Shown here in pieces: positions 36,201-38,656 of a stretch of DNA of 64,000 nt. Within the stretch, counting starts at the first letter, position 1, and each line of letters opens with the position of its first letter. The notes under the pieces were generated by a model. It saw only the letters and a list, made by a program, of their open reading frames with translations. It searched no databases and was not told the origin of the DNA. Made by a program: the position numbers and the translations under genes. The stretch is from Endomicrobiales bacterium (GTDB taxonomy: Bacteria > Elusimicrobiota > Endomicrobiia > Endomicrobiales > JALOBY01), in the NCBI GenBank assembly GCA_963796955.1, contig CAWCNJ010000006.1:102691-166690 (forward strand), in the 5' to 3' direction.

Positions 36201-38653
36201 GCGTGGGGATACCGCAGAATTTAACGGTGAGCAGGGTGTACCAGAGTTCCATAGCGGTTACCTGGGATATGATAGCCAACGCGACCGGATATACGCTGGC
36301 AGCATCGACGTCGCCTAACAATCCTGTTACTGTCTACGCCTCCACAACCACACTGGGTGTTAATGCGATCAGCGCAATTGTTCTGAACCCCGCGTTACAG
36401 CCGGCAACGACGTATTACCTGTTCGTAAAGGCAAACGGCAATGGCGGGGAAAGCGGGTGGTCCACATCTGTATCGACAGTAACGCCGGATTATCTGCCGG
36501 GTGCTATAACAAACCTTTCGGCGCTGACAGGACAAGGCGCCGGCTCGATAGATCTGAGCTGGACAGCGCCGGGGACGGATGGTTACAACGGAAACATCGT
36601 CGGCGGCGTGTACAAGATACGCTATTCAACCTATACAACGGCAGCCGGGACATTCTGGACGGACGCTGCAGGGAACTGGACTGACCCGGTGAATAAATAT
36701 CAAATCACTATTAACACGAACACGGCGCCCGGCGAAGCGCAATCGTACCTGTTGTCGGGTCTCGGCCAGGGTGTGACCTACTACATTCGCGCCTGGACGC
36801 GTGATGAGGTTGGGATAGACAGTACGACCTGGAACGGCAATTGGTCGGCGGTGTCGAATGGCGCGACCTGCTGGGCTATGCGGGTAAAGACCCTGCCGCC
36901 GCCACCGGTAACTGACCTGACAGCCGTTAATGGTTTAAACGAGGGAAATGTGCTTCTTACCTGGACGGCGCCCTCGGCCTCTACATCCGCGCCGGTCACG
37001 GTGTCGTTGTATGAAGTCAGGGCCGCCACGTTCAGCGTCGGCGCCCTTACCGACGATACAACGGCCTGGTGGAACGCAGCGCCCTTCATCCATACGTTCC
37101 CGGAGCCCGGAACGCCCGCGAACCCCGATGCCATCACTCTTACCGGCCTGGCGGTAAGCACCTCGTGGTATTTCGCTATTGAGAGCGTGGGTCTAGCCGG
37201 GACCGTTTCGTTGATAGACGCAAATTCTTCGACGCACAACAGCCAGGCGTTCGTATTCACCACTGATGTGCAACCGGTACCTCCTACAGGGCTGACGGTG
37301 GTTGCCAGTACTTCGCCTATTGTTGTTCTAAAATGGGACGATATGAGAAGCTTCCAGGGATATCTGGACTTCGACCGTTATCAAATATGGCGTTCGTTAA
37401 CTTTTGCGCCGCAATCGTCGTTCGCTTCCATAGGCACCAGTACGAATACGGTCTTTATCGACGAAGCTGTCAGCGCCGGCGCCACGTATTATTATTTCAT
37501 AGTAGGGGTCGACAGCGCGCCGCAAGTGCTGGTCAGCAGCCCTTCGGCGGTTGTAACCGCGGTGGTAACGGTGCCGCGTAAGAAGACCGATATAACGCAG
37601 CCCCTGCCCCCTTCCGGCATACAGATAGCCGTTGTTGACGCGCATCCCGTTATTTCCTGGGATATGCCTCAATATAATACCGACGGCACGCAGTGTGTAG
37701 ACCAGGCCTCAAGCGTTATTTATCGCACGACTGGTCTGGACGATCCGTGGGATAACGTTGCCGCCATACCCTATGCCGGCGGTGTCGGCTGCCAGTGGAC
37801 GGATACCGCGATCGACCTGAGTAACTCGGCTGTCTATTATTACAAGGTGCAATGCGTCGATACCAGCGGGAACGCCAGCGCCGCTTCCATGTATTGCGAC
37901 ACCAGCCGCGACCTTAACCTGATCGTAGAATCGTCTGATAAACAGGTGAATCTTGTTATGCCTCAAAGTGAAGCAGGCCTGTTGTACAGGCGCGGTCCGA
38001 ACAAGGAAAATATCGATATCGTCGTGGATCAGGAAACAATGCCGGCGGATCCTGCCATTCTCCTGCAATTCGAATTTAAGGCCGTTACCGCCGGCACACG
38101 TCAAAAGATAAGCAGTTTTATGTTCGATAAGCCGCTTAACAAGGTCGTGTGGCAATTCTCGCAAAACCCTGTGTTCGGCTCAGGCAAACGCGTTAACTTA
38201 AGCGCTGCTCCCGTAAATATCGCGCAGGACATTTCCATGTTCTGGCACAGCGGCGTTGAATGGATAAAACTTAACAAATTAACGAATACGAATTCCATGC
38301 AAGTGTCGGTCAGACATCTGGGCAAATTCATGATCAAGCGTTCAATCGCCGCCACCAGTTTCTCAATGACAAAAGTTTTTCCGACGATATTTACCCCTAA
38401 CGGTGATCACCGCAACGATTATGTGGTATTCCAGTATGAAAACCCGAAAGATGACGCCGTTAGAGGAAAAATATATACTCCGGAAGGGGCTTTTGTAAGC
38501 AACCTGGTTAAATCCGATGATAACTCCTCGCTGATCTGGGACGGCACCAGAGACGGCGGCAAGGTAGCGGAGCCTGGTGCGTACGTCTATCAGATAGAGG
38601 TGATAGGCTCCGACGCGAAGGTGATCAACGGGGTAATAATATTGGCGAAATAA
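12200..38653 (+). CDS. giant FG-GAP/VCBS + FN3-like repeat surface protein, gene A, main fragment (8817 aa) with type-B T9SS-like C-terminal domain
   Basis: Uninterrupted 26.4-kb ORF. It holds eight 7-bladed FG-GAP propellers (DxDxDG motifs such as WGDYDNDGNLD), many FN3-like modules, a beta-helix insert, 13 tandem 98-aa modules and a C-terminal FTPNGDHRND...WDG...GAYVYQIEV domain. ATG 12200 is probably not a real start; it is a continuation of the ORF from 5190. Confidence 0.92.
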   Translation: MASRAEDSFGLTSSTSTALVSGGLAVLAYKTPFDSRYVEPTPGWGCGHYGSALAWGDLNDDGYQDLAVSGIIGTTPYTRIYKNNKDGTFSAYSTLPGGVDAGCPELQFSDFNNDGKMDLLVAGWPGSDPGIERIYLGNGDGTLNPAYVDAMPGFGRYWVSAKLGDYDNDGNLDIAIMGADDAGPGVSTFRIYRNNGNGAFSPNYIEPETGWGLCTQAPGWNYVGGRLLWGDYDNDGDLDLAVCGDDVNDNQLMRVYHNSGSGNHFGPAHELQVSDINDISWIDYDNNGYLDIAAFSQAAQKTRIYRNNGNGSFNTTPLEIFPGISMQNVAIAVGDYDNDGNSDLFLTGNTNTQGDIAGVYRNRGDGTFDQSIVSPLPLWGINGCGSIALSDYNNDGGLDMAVDGFGSGGDLSLRVFKNMEAQLGNANTAPVPPGTANINFNYSASKSTFTITWQPSQYDIGHSSNSVFFNVEASTSPTTLSTDKTRITAPDHFVEPWNFGSSNLGNFVRPAVSTSWAGVTGTSMHGFTLAPSTNTWLLNTTTFYFRIQTIDSGLMRSTWSAEFSCFASSTSNLAPNAPTNLAQLDGTHVSLSSFGWTNSGTIISSFTLTDPDDGQQVRFNLQITSVTTNGAADWTSIFASTRSALLNQGTTTYSWPTLNPNAFYWWRAWTEDSYGLTSATSAALGVNGSSGTAVLAYDTFFDPHTVRLDPSAGTGLWGGNIISGDFDNDGYQDIATCGANAVASAGHLDVLFYDHVSGTFGSPVIQGNMWGHIQTADFNNDGSLDIVAIVEDFNDYSNRVYTINNLGGRVFGTPTDISPGLSPSITNATVACGDYDNDGSPDIAVAGTIGGGAHMYALHNNGNGSFDPTPRDILYPGNGTSAIGGLAWGDYNNDGYLDLLATDNGYNYCVFKNNSNCTFNYVSLSAGADHYGAWADYDNDGNIDIVISGAVVRNKGDGSANPFDPSLVVIDPNCSLYAGDLAVGDLNNDGNIDMAIFGEYNYQASDCRMQAYLNKGNGSFDPQQHAFMPGLGLYDGGITLADFDGDGDLDMAACGMDSSGNLFCGLFTSKYTQMFSANTAPVPPAISSMTFVYSGYTTAKSTFTITWHPAQYDVGHSSNSVYFNVEASTFPTTLSTDRLRLATTGHYQEAWNFGTPNMGNFIRPSVSTSWAGVTGTQMVGYLFQPSTSAFTFNTTYYFRVQTIDSSLARSTWSVEQSYYCGDTTPPAALTNLAAITGFGPGTINLTWTSPGDDGISGNIVGGAYKIRYSTYTPSSWNDAASNWTDYLNKYQITIATNSTPGVTQSYLLTGLTGGVTYYVRAWTRDEVGVDSTSWNGNWSALSNGATCWAQINHAPNAPTNLAQLDSSLVNLSSFSWTNSGTIISSFTITDPDAGQQVKYHIQITTVSSSGLATWTSGYFLNYTSSLLNQGTTTYTWSALTAGNFYWWRVWTEDAGGLTSSTSTLLGVSGSGGPAVLAYKTMFDPVALQPDPGFSPNGQVDVSSVWGDFDNDGYQDIAVTGNNYTGEVLFYDHTSGTFPAKTQIGQLSGRIQAVDYNNDGSLDLVFAGYDNSVYEQRCRVIKNLGGKAFAAPADVVSGLTVGNFMIAAADYDNDGYADIALCGGGTGNALFVYTIHNNGDATFGNVVLLDTGGNSYYGYVPVAWGDINNDGYLDLLANMSSTRELCVYKNNCNGTLNHTPIVPVPAMSYNSQVAFADFNNDGNLDIVLTGQPGINFIKNTGSGNNPFDPSYTTVAGNATGGYFGIGDLNNDGYPDVMLEGENNYHSDDLNFMAYLNKSGNFDQDYVEVVPGGGVDRGSITFADFDADGDLDVLRQGMDANSVTSLSVFKSKYADMNGANIAPVPPSGLACQPVYATTGSTVTVTWPVAQYDAGISSCALSFQVVISSVPMTLDTSKKLVTAPGAFLNSWTSEGDGYGSFNRPAVKAWGLEPAVKFGYQMRISTTQIAVATTYYYRVQTIDSSLARSTWSAESIIYFVANSSPAAITNLSALTGNSAGEISLSWASPGADGAMNDIYGGAFKIRYSTYTTASAGFWLDAASNWTDQANKYQVTINTNTTPGAIQYYTLVGLLPGVTYYVRTWTRDEVGVDSTSWNGNWSTLSNGATAWAMTTTMPAGITDLVATNNSALSTVLLTWTAPGGNGQTAGLLSGSAFKIAYSTVNVISADNFNVLPSTMAIQTITISTVAAAMSPQSYNVGGLVNNTKYWFAIKTMNSVGNWSVWQSSADVAADNTLASTVCSYANVAPTISSLQTLNGSFIPINWTNAGTVISSFTISDANVGQLVRYNVQITSLTTNGAADWSGIFVSTRSALVNQGVETFTWPALNSNATFYWWRAWAEDINGAVSSTTTVSVSGDKALVANRSMFDPGYIALDAGTPAPDYGKTVTFGDFNGDGYQDIATAGYRDAGGYTDITRVFLNNGTGDGTFNASYITPPLQAGNTRNIMRWGDFNNDGNLDLVLGGFNKRLAICQNNGAGDFNNPPIYLDPDASFWCCNGAGAVGDVDNDGQLDIVVSGNTNTSVLMRIYRNNGDGTFTQSEPQAGWGTNTGALSLVDVDNNGSLDIAMGGIDTNSAPAFRIYRNNGNGTYTSYITPETIDTPFTSIYTAWADFDNDGLLDCALEGDGVVRQYHNNGNNTFTRSSITSDVYYNGAIDAADLNSDGFVDVIVTGRDAGFIRDLKTYLNNGNGTFAAGDSILPGWGVGGTNYYDNGSMEAADTNNDGFPDLAAYGEDTAHTVSLRVFTNKEAALGNTNTAPVPPGISNMTFTYSASRSTFTVTWQPSRYDVGHSSNSVYYNVEVSTYPTTLRSDKKRIVNSNKFVETWDFGSPNLGSFIRPSVSTSWAGVSGTSMVGYTIAPSTNNYLLNATTFYFRIQTIDSGLMRSTWSAEFSCLASTNIAPAGPAGITDLYAANNAGISGISLTWTASGDAGQSGNLTSGSAFKIEYSTVGIITTGNFDTPPANLAVTTINISTTTTAQSRQSWSLPGLLNNTTYWFAIKTENSEGQWSTWQSSADVAAYNLFSSTVCLYSNVAPDAPANLVQIDGTLGNVSSFTWTSSGNIVSSFTITDPNGGQQVRYHIQVSTVSDFVSGLATWTSGYFLNYTSSYLNQGTTTYAWPALTAGKFYWWRAWVEDAYGLASSTSSVLLSGGTAAFAYKTSFDPQGSNPIPWTANASANGQFTFGDYNNDGYPDLAIWGDDPTAKLHVYNNLGGGSFNATPVQPASGFGVDHTSNDACSWGDFNNDGYLDLAVSGWGSGSAYTCEVFKNNGSGGFAATPILPITGWGVAYSPSVAWGDINNDGNLDLAVMGGYNAVNFLRIFKNKGDGTFDTNYIEPTPGWSPKSGYINGSLTFADINNDGAMDLIVGVDAPGTEGRVYLNKGDGTFNPAYVSIDAAKTVCGDLDNDGWIDLAMSEYNNIRIYTNNHSGGFTTSTLPNSNYNDGILACGDFDGDGFLDLAAAGQVLNNNANSASLKIIRNNGAGSYAAAVDVFPGWGLFSSCIGAIDYENDGDLDIAVCGTDRNNSSNVFRILKNTQAQMSNANVAPTPPAGITALSSYDLNIASITLCWTPAQYDVSHSSNSIYYNVEMSTFPTTLSGDNLRLATNGRYTLPWDFGNQTLGSYVRPPVKQWPGSSQPTHGTAFNVSLAALGANPTYYYRVQTIDSGLMRSTWSAEYQVCIPAPSAPNAPTGLTQYIVGGSTLVTFGWAGKTGDVVASSFTITDPNGSTQVKYHIQITSVTPQNSPLWSQGLFVDYTSGWLTQGSTTYSWPAPPNGGRYWWRVYAINQSSVASSAATLLLDGSNPVISLKTDIDPIGADIVPGLGVTDGSLELGDFDNNGTLDLAVIGWNGTGQICRVYKNNGDGTFNQTPVSPITGFGAERGQAAWGDFNNDGYLDLAVCGNGSTRSCYVFRNKGNSTFDSTPIQPQTGFTARWAAIAWGDFNGDGYLDLAVTGRDDSNNYKFYTFNNFGNGSFNQTPVEPDPGWGVGNYQSGLACADYDNNGTLDLAITGLAQNGSGYARIYKGYGNGTFNPAFVNPDVNSDTFLGTNAFADYNNDGNLDLAIAAGTFRIDTNKGDGTFNATPVMPEGSGGYQRAATNGYMASLAWGDLNNDGKPDLVMNGATIGGTNTSRTYTNNGNGTFTAADISPGWGVNGAVAIGDIDNDGDEDIIAEGTQASNSAIYLRAFRNRNNDMGNVNVAPSAPSGMLSQVSYSVTSSTIIITWPPSQYDSGMSSCSLSYQVAVATMSMTLASNQTLIQSPTSFMTPWASEGDSYGTFNRPPVKVWGTDVTPKHGYQLNLSTNSIKANTTYYYRVQTIDSSLARSNWSTEFTYFTGTPPSGVTDLYATAGGIGTGAVMLTWTAPGDAGQIGNLATGSAFKIEYSSVGIINSSTFTSPPASLAVKSITISTNTTAMSPQSYNVTGLIGSTTYWFTLETENAEGVWSVWQSSADVAAYNDFAWAYTNYVNLAPNAPFNLAQIDGSLGNISSFTWTNSGNIVSSFTITDPNVGDQVRFDIQITSVTTNEAADWTRLFVSTRSALMNQGTTTYTWPTLNPNAFYWWRVWAEDSFGLTSATSAALGVIGSTGPAVVAYKTPFNAAYLEPTPGWGFGWWTALAWGDLNGDGYQDLAVIGTDVSYTRTLRVYLNNGDGTGSMNPSYIVPEAGVGLALGDLAWGDFNNDGNMDLAVTGFNGSDPGLLRVYVNNGSGGFSASHVDPIPGWGRYGSAVAWGDYDNDGNLDLAMMGSDGGPVSDGVFRIFRNKGDGTFDPNFIEPQTGWGMSSGRMCWADYNNDGDLDISLCGNNTSGATEVRVYRNNGNGTFNPTPAFVKSGIGDIAWGDYSNGGFLDMCVYDMAAGIQIYSNTGSGSLSGTPTNICSDGGGMWSIKLAAADYDNDGNIDVAASGQIGSLNMGNVRFLHNNGNSTFSGSRSTPLPGLGINGTLALSDNNNDGDVDIAAAGVSQAGDRCFLGIFQNMEAQMGNANTPPMPPSASINFNYSGFATQKSTFTITWQPSQYDVGHSSNSIYFNVEASTFPTTLGSGDKRIATTGRFAQSWNFGSPNLGSFIRPAISTSWAGATGTSIVGYTFAPSTSAFVYNTTYYFRIQTIDSGLMRSTWSAECKCQSAVPPAVVTDLYATAGGIGSGAVMLTWTAPGDAGQTGNLTAGSAFKIEYSTVGIINSSTFTSPPANLAVKTVTISTNTTAMSLQSYNITGLIGSTTYWFALETENAEGGWSIWQSSADVAAYNLYASTCTAFIPPAMIYRSVGPGSTTALVTGAGNGLVISGSTATFDSGLPNKVGVGDAIQYDANNDGTVDAILFISSRTSATSYTVQSADGKTAPTATSVKTNTWSVFRSYTSLHNVLQSLTVNSGISGLVSGSVNPGINLVSNNVQLNIACYGDAADTTKVAFSGMWVTSPSNKIRIFTPVSSGEAGVSQRHTGIWDTGKYYIESGNGHILLLEVNYIVVDGLQVHLNSTSSSDTRAIGMSTPAGACDITVENCIVRGSTSTSNTYDYFGGIVDGGGSGTGVIKIVNNIVYDFAAGGGGITHVGIAGVDGGVWYYVYNNTVYNCKDGLFFGGNDTLKNNISYGNSESNYNNAGVGNNNNLSGPTLADAPGTNPLNSAPVQFVDANRYDLRLSVSESSATDKGANLSSDANLPFSTDVLGNARPYGAAWDVGAFENYQNVLGVPQTLTVTNVYYSSVTVTWNLINGATGYTLIASTSSNIPVTVSASTTTTGVNATSATVYSPALSLATTYYFFVQSTGNALASAWSLPVSTVTLSGDITPPAAITNLAAVTGFGPGTINLSWTSPGDDGITGNITGGAYKIRYSTYTPTSWNDADTSWADYVNKYQITIATNSVPGVTQSYPLTGLTAGVTYYIRAWTRDEVGVDSTSWNGNWSALSNGATSWAQMDTAPNTPINLVQIDGTLGNISSFTWTNSGVITSSFTLSDPDSGQQIKYHIQITTVSSNGLATWTSGYFLNYTSPLLNQGTTTYTWPAMTAGNFYWWRVWAEDSYGLTSATTTALMSGGPAVFAYKTAYDAKYIEVNPGWGVGGNAHGSSIKWGDIENDGYQDLMVAGENQIGGEEFCIYDNAKNGSFNASPIHPKPGFGVSWSPSCAWGDVNNDGIQDVAVIGASADDVSGYTFRVFASNGNGTFGAAQEPTANWGEENAGIALGDFDNDGCLDVVVSGADDAKVSANFRIYRNNGDGTFGPNFIRPDIPLESSGDENGGGDTLACGDYNNDGLMDIAISWPTGLVRVYKNNGDLSFAHLTNDICSFFDSNIAWGDYNNDGYLDLFVAGHGFTGVFHNKGDGTFDSSVNIAGNNTFTGISGQAPLSLCVGDYDNDGNLDLAAAGLDYAAGTARKLYLFHNNGHGAFDSGPVETMPGWGVVDCSLAFADYNNDGGLDLAVSGADNNNIARCCVFNNMEAQMGNANTPPMPPSASINFNYSGFATQKSTFTITWQPSQYDVGHSSNSIYFNVEASTFPTTLGSGDKRIATTGRFAQPWNFGSPNLGSFIRPAISTSWASAPGTSMVGYTFAPSTSAFLMNTTCYFRIQTIDSGLARSTWSTESSVYVCGSPTVPVLVSPLDNYATNQMTVTFNWADSTDTISNSNYTLRLSSSPDFSGVTYSSNTVNMYASMALTTSKWYWSVRAGNPVGAYSAWSSTWSVVVDTLAPSVPILTSPLDNFTTNQMVLTFGWSSATDNLTGVNDYTLRLSTAPDFTGVTYSSITANIVAQMSLTTGHWFWAVRSLDNVGNYSAWASTYTLIVDTTPPTVPILTGPLDGSTTNQTVLTFNWGISTDDITGLANYTLTLSTAADFSGVIYSSITTNTSAAMTIQSSDKWYWTVRSVDNAVNYSAWASTWSVVVDTHAPTVPILITPLDNFTTNQMTPAFAWQGSTDTLSGIANYTLRLSTAPDFSGTIYSSTTANTLASRALVSCRWYWSVRAANNSGNYSAWSSTWSVVIDTVSSSIPVLTAPLDNYTTNQMTLTFNWNISMDNLSGVNGYTLQLSTAPDFTGVTYSSITANNSAVMALTTNKWYWTVRSQDNAANYSAWASTWSVVVDTIAPTMPILTTPLDNFTTNQMTLAFNWGSATDNLSGVSGYTLRLSTAADFSGVIMLSVTDNTAATMNLTSNKWYWTVRSGDNAGNYSTWASTYSLVVDTVASTVPLLLSPLDNFATNQMTLSFSWSSATDNLTGVNDYTVQLSTAADFTGVTYSSITANTAAQMALTSDRWYWTVRSLDNAANYSAWASTWSLVIDTTPPTVPILTNPLDGSTTNQTVLTFNWGASTDDITGLAGYTLRLSTAPDFSGVIYSSVTGNTAARMTIQSSDKWYWSVRSVDNAENYSAWTSTWSVVVDTRAPTVPLLLSPLDNFTTNQMTLAFNWQGSTDTVSGITNYTLRLSTAPDFSGTTYSSTTAITAAIMNLTTNKWYWSVRALNNSGNYSNWSSTWAVIMDTVVPSVPILTSPLNNFTTNQMTLAFNWNSATDNLTGVNDYTLRLSTAPDFTGVTYSSITANTAAQMAMTSGRWYWTVRSLDNAANYSAWASTYTLVVDTTPPTVPALTGPLDGSTTNQTMVTFGWNSSTDDLTGVACYTLRFSTAPDFSGAIYSSATTNTIAAMTIPACAKWYWTVRSSDNAGNYSAWASTWTVLVDTRAPTVPLLLSPLDNYTTNQMALTFSWQGSTDTLSGVADYTLRISTALDFSGTVYSSTTGNTLAGMTQVSNKWYWSVRAANNSGNYSAWSSTWSVVIDSTPSSVPVLTAPLDNYTTNQITLAFSWNSATDNISGVSGYTLRLSTASDLSGVVYSSVTANNAAVMMLSTNRWYWTVRSVDNAANYSAWASTWSVIIDTVVPNALNDLAAAPGFALGSIALHWTSPGDDGPSGAIIGGYYKVRYSTYTTASGAFWTDAAANWVDPVNKYQITIATNTNVGDTQSYTLSGLTQGVTYYIRAWTRDEVGVDSTTWTGNWSALSNGATCWAACVGIPQNLTVSRVYQSSIAVTWDMIANATGYTLAASTSPNNPVTVYASTTTLGVNAISAIVLNPALQPATTYYLFVKANGNGGESGWSTSVSTVTPDYLPGAITNLSALTGQGAGSIDLSWTAPGTDGYNGNIVGGVYKIRYSTYTTAAGTFWTDAAGNWTDPVNKYQITINTNTAPGEAQSYLLSGLGQGVTYYIRAWTRDEVGIDSTTWNGNWSAVSNGATCWAMRVKTLPPPPVTDLTAVNGLNEGNVLLTWTAPSASTSAPVTVSLYEVRAATFSVGALTDDTTAWWNAAPFIHTFPEPGTPANPDAITLTGLAVSTSWYFAIESVGLAGTVSLIDANSSTHNSQAFVFTTDVQPVPPTGLTVVASTSPIVVLKWDDMRSFQGYLDFDRYQIWRSLTFAPQSSFASIGTSTNTVFIDEAVSAGATYYYFIVGVDSAPQVLVSSPSAVVTAVVTVPRKKTDITQPLPPSGIQIAVVDAHPVISWDMPQYNTDGTQCVDQASSVIYRTTGLDDPWDNVAAIPYAGGVGCQWTDTAIDLSNSAVYYYKVQCVDTSGNASAASMYCDTSRDLNLIVESSDKQVNLVMPQSEAGLLYRRGPNKENIDIVVDQETMPADPAILLQFEFKAVTAGTRQKISSFMFDKPLNKVVWQFSQNPVFGSGKRVNLSAAPVNIAQDISMFWHSGVEWIKLNKLTNTNSMQVSVRHLGKFMIKRSIAATSFSMTKVFPTIFTPNGDHRNDYVVFQYENPKDDAVRGKIYTPEGAFVSNLVKSDDNSSLIWDGTRDGGKVAEPGAYVYQIEVIGSDAKVINGVIILAK
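12209..12210 (+). other. frameshift site 1 (one T missing) joining ORF 5190..12233 to ORF 12200..38653
   Basis: The observed sequence is gca ggg cgg agg. Inserting T gives gca tgg gcg gag gat agc = AWAEDSFGLTS, matching the module consensus FYWWRAWAEDS(F/Y)GLTS seen near 14180-14230 and 25915-25965. Confidence 0.85.
12270..13455 (+). repeat. 7-bladed FG-GAP/VCBS beta-propeller A4
   Basis: Seven blades counted, from LAWGDLNDDGYQDLAV to IALSDYNNDGGLDMAV. Ends at FKNMEAQLGNANT. Confidence 0.85.
13456..13912 (+). repeat. 'QYD' FN3-like module (exemplar; one follows every propeller)
   Basis: EAQLGNANTAPVPP..FNYSASKSTFTITWQPSQYDIGHSSNSVFFNVEASTSPTTL..WNFGSSNLGNFVRPAVSTSWAGVTGT..TTFYFRIQTIDSGLMRSTWSAE. 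It has FN3-like W/Y/YFR.Q..D landmarks with a ~45-aa insertion. Confidence 0.6.
14277..15410 (+). repeat. FG-GAP/VCBS beta-propeller A5
   Basis: Runs from IISGDFDNDGYQDIAT to ITLADFDGDGDLDMAA. Ends at FTSKYTQMFSANT. Confidence 0.8.
15862..16248 (+). repeat. FN3 module type D (exemplar)
   Basis: PPAALTNLAAITGFGPGTINLTWTSPGDDG..GGAYKIRYSTYT..NKYQITIATNSTPGVTQSYLLTGLTGGVTYYVRAWTRDEVGVDSTSWNGNWSALS. Similar copies occur near 11110, 18190, 29590, 35815, 36490, 46090, 49580, 54600, 59700 and 62490. Confidence 0.75.
16250..16617 (+). repeat. 'WWR' beta-sandwich module (exemplar; one precedes every propeller)
   Basis: NHAPNAPTNLAQLDSSLVNLSSFSWTNSGTIISSFTITDPDAGQQVKYHIQITTVSS..LNQGTTTYTWSALTAGNFYWWRVWTEDAGGLTSSTS. 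Approximate starts of the other copies in gene A: 5340, 7270, 9200, 11910, 13915, 18970, 21340, 23280, 25650, 29980. In gene B: 42200, 44090, 46870, 50360, 52680, 55390, 57780, 60490, 62880. Confidence 0.6.
16618..17750 (+). repeat. FG-GAP/VCBS beta-propeller A6
   Basis: Runs from SVWGDFDNDGYQDIAV to ITFADFDADGDLDVLR. Ends at FKSKYADMNGANI. Confidence 0.8.
18581..18972 (+). repeat. FN3-like module type E (exemplar)
   Basis: PAGITDLVATNNSALSTVLLTWTAPGGNGQTAGLLSGSAFKIAYSTVNVIS..SPQSYNVGGLVNNTKYWFAIKTMNSVGNWSVWQSSADVAA. Similar copies occur near 11500, 20930, 25250, 27620, 46480, 49970, 52300, 55000, 57390 and 60100. Confidence 0.7.
19321..20485 (+). repeat. FG-GAP/VCBS beta-propeller A7
   Basis: Runs from VTFGDFNGDGYQDIAT to MEAADTNNDGFPDLAA. 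Ends at FTNKEAALGNTNT. Confidence 0.8.
21700..22850 (+). repeat. FG-GAP/VCBS beta-propeller A8
   Basis: Runs from FTFGDYNNDGYPDLAI to IGAIDYENDGDLDIAV. Ends at LKNTQAQMSNANV. Confidence 0.8.
23651..24815 (+). repeat. FG-GAP/VCBS beta-propeller A9
   Basis: Runs from LELGDFDNNGTLDLAV to VAIGDIDNDGDEDIIA. Ends at FRNRNNDMGNVNV. Confidence 0.8.
26005..27170 (+). repeat. FG-GAP/VCBS beta-propeller A10
   Basis: Runs from LAWGDLNGDGYQDLAV to LALSDNNNDGDVDIAA. Ends at FQNMEAQMGNANT. Confidence 0.8.
27167..27472 (+). repeat. 306-bp intragenic near-identical repeat, copy 1 (partner 31526..31831)
   Basis: 304 of 306 nt are identical by line comparison; the mismatches are at 27198 (a/g) and 27407 (t/c). 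It covers the propeller/QYD junction MEAQMGNANTPPMPPSASINFNYSGFATQKSTFTITWQPSQYDVGHSSNSIYFNVEAS... Confidence 0.9.
28008..29292 (+). other. right-handed parallel beta-helix (pectate-lyase-fold) insert domain in gene A
   Basis: The only copy in the window. PbH1-like turns: ITVENCIVRGS, IKIVNNIVYDF, YVYNNTVYNC, DTLKNNISYGN. The hallmark C-terminal cap is FVDANRYDLRLSVSESSATDKGANL..DVLGNARPYGAAWDVGAFEN. The N-terminal part is IYRSVGPGSTTALVTGAGNGLVISGSTATFDSGLP..VGDAIQYD. Confidence 0.7.
30338..31528 (+). repeat. FG-GAP/VCBS beta-propeller A11
   Basis: Runs from IKWGDIENDGYQDLMV to LAFADYNNDGGLDLAV. Ends at FNNMEAQMGNANT. Confidence 0.8.
31526..31831 (+). repeat. 306-bp intragenic near-identical repeat, copy 2 (partner 27167..27472)
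   Basis: See copy 1. The offset between copies is 4,359 nt. Confidence 0.9.
31984..35811 (+). repeat. tandem array of 13 copies of a ~98-aa (294-nt) Ig/FN3-like module
   Basis: The unit consensus is PTVPILTxPLDNFTTNQMTLxFNWxSATDNLxGVxxYTLRLSTAPDFxGVxYSSxTANTxAxMxLTxxKWYWTVRSxDNAxNYSAWASTWSxVVDT. Thirteen units were counted in the translation with no spacers. Sub-types recur in the order A-B-C(-D). Confidence 0.9.
38359..38650 (+). other. C-terminal sorting domain resembling the T9SS type-B / gliding-motility CHU_C domain
   Basis: FSMTKVFPTIFTPNGDHRNDYVVFQYENP..RGKIYTPEGAFVSNLV..LIWDGTRDGGKVAEPGAYVYQIEVIGSDAKVINGVIILAK*. It matches the remembered pattern FTPNGDG.ND ... I..R.G..V ... WDG...G ... 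G.Y.Y ... G.I.L at the extreme C-terminus. Confidence 0.6.
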
Positions 38654-38656
38654 ATT

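Larger units (their letters stand above)
5190..38653 (+). pseudogene. reconstructed gene A: a single ~11,100-codon gene interrupted by a 1-nt deletion (true pseudogene or assembly error)
   Basis: With one nt restored at 12209/12210, the length from ATG 5244 to the last sense codon is 33,408 nt = 11,136 codons (11,154 from ATG 5190). The same module grammar runs across the junction. Confidence 0.75.
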
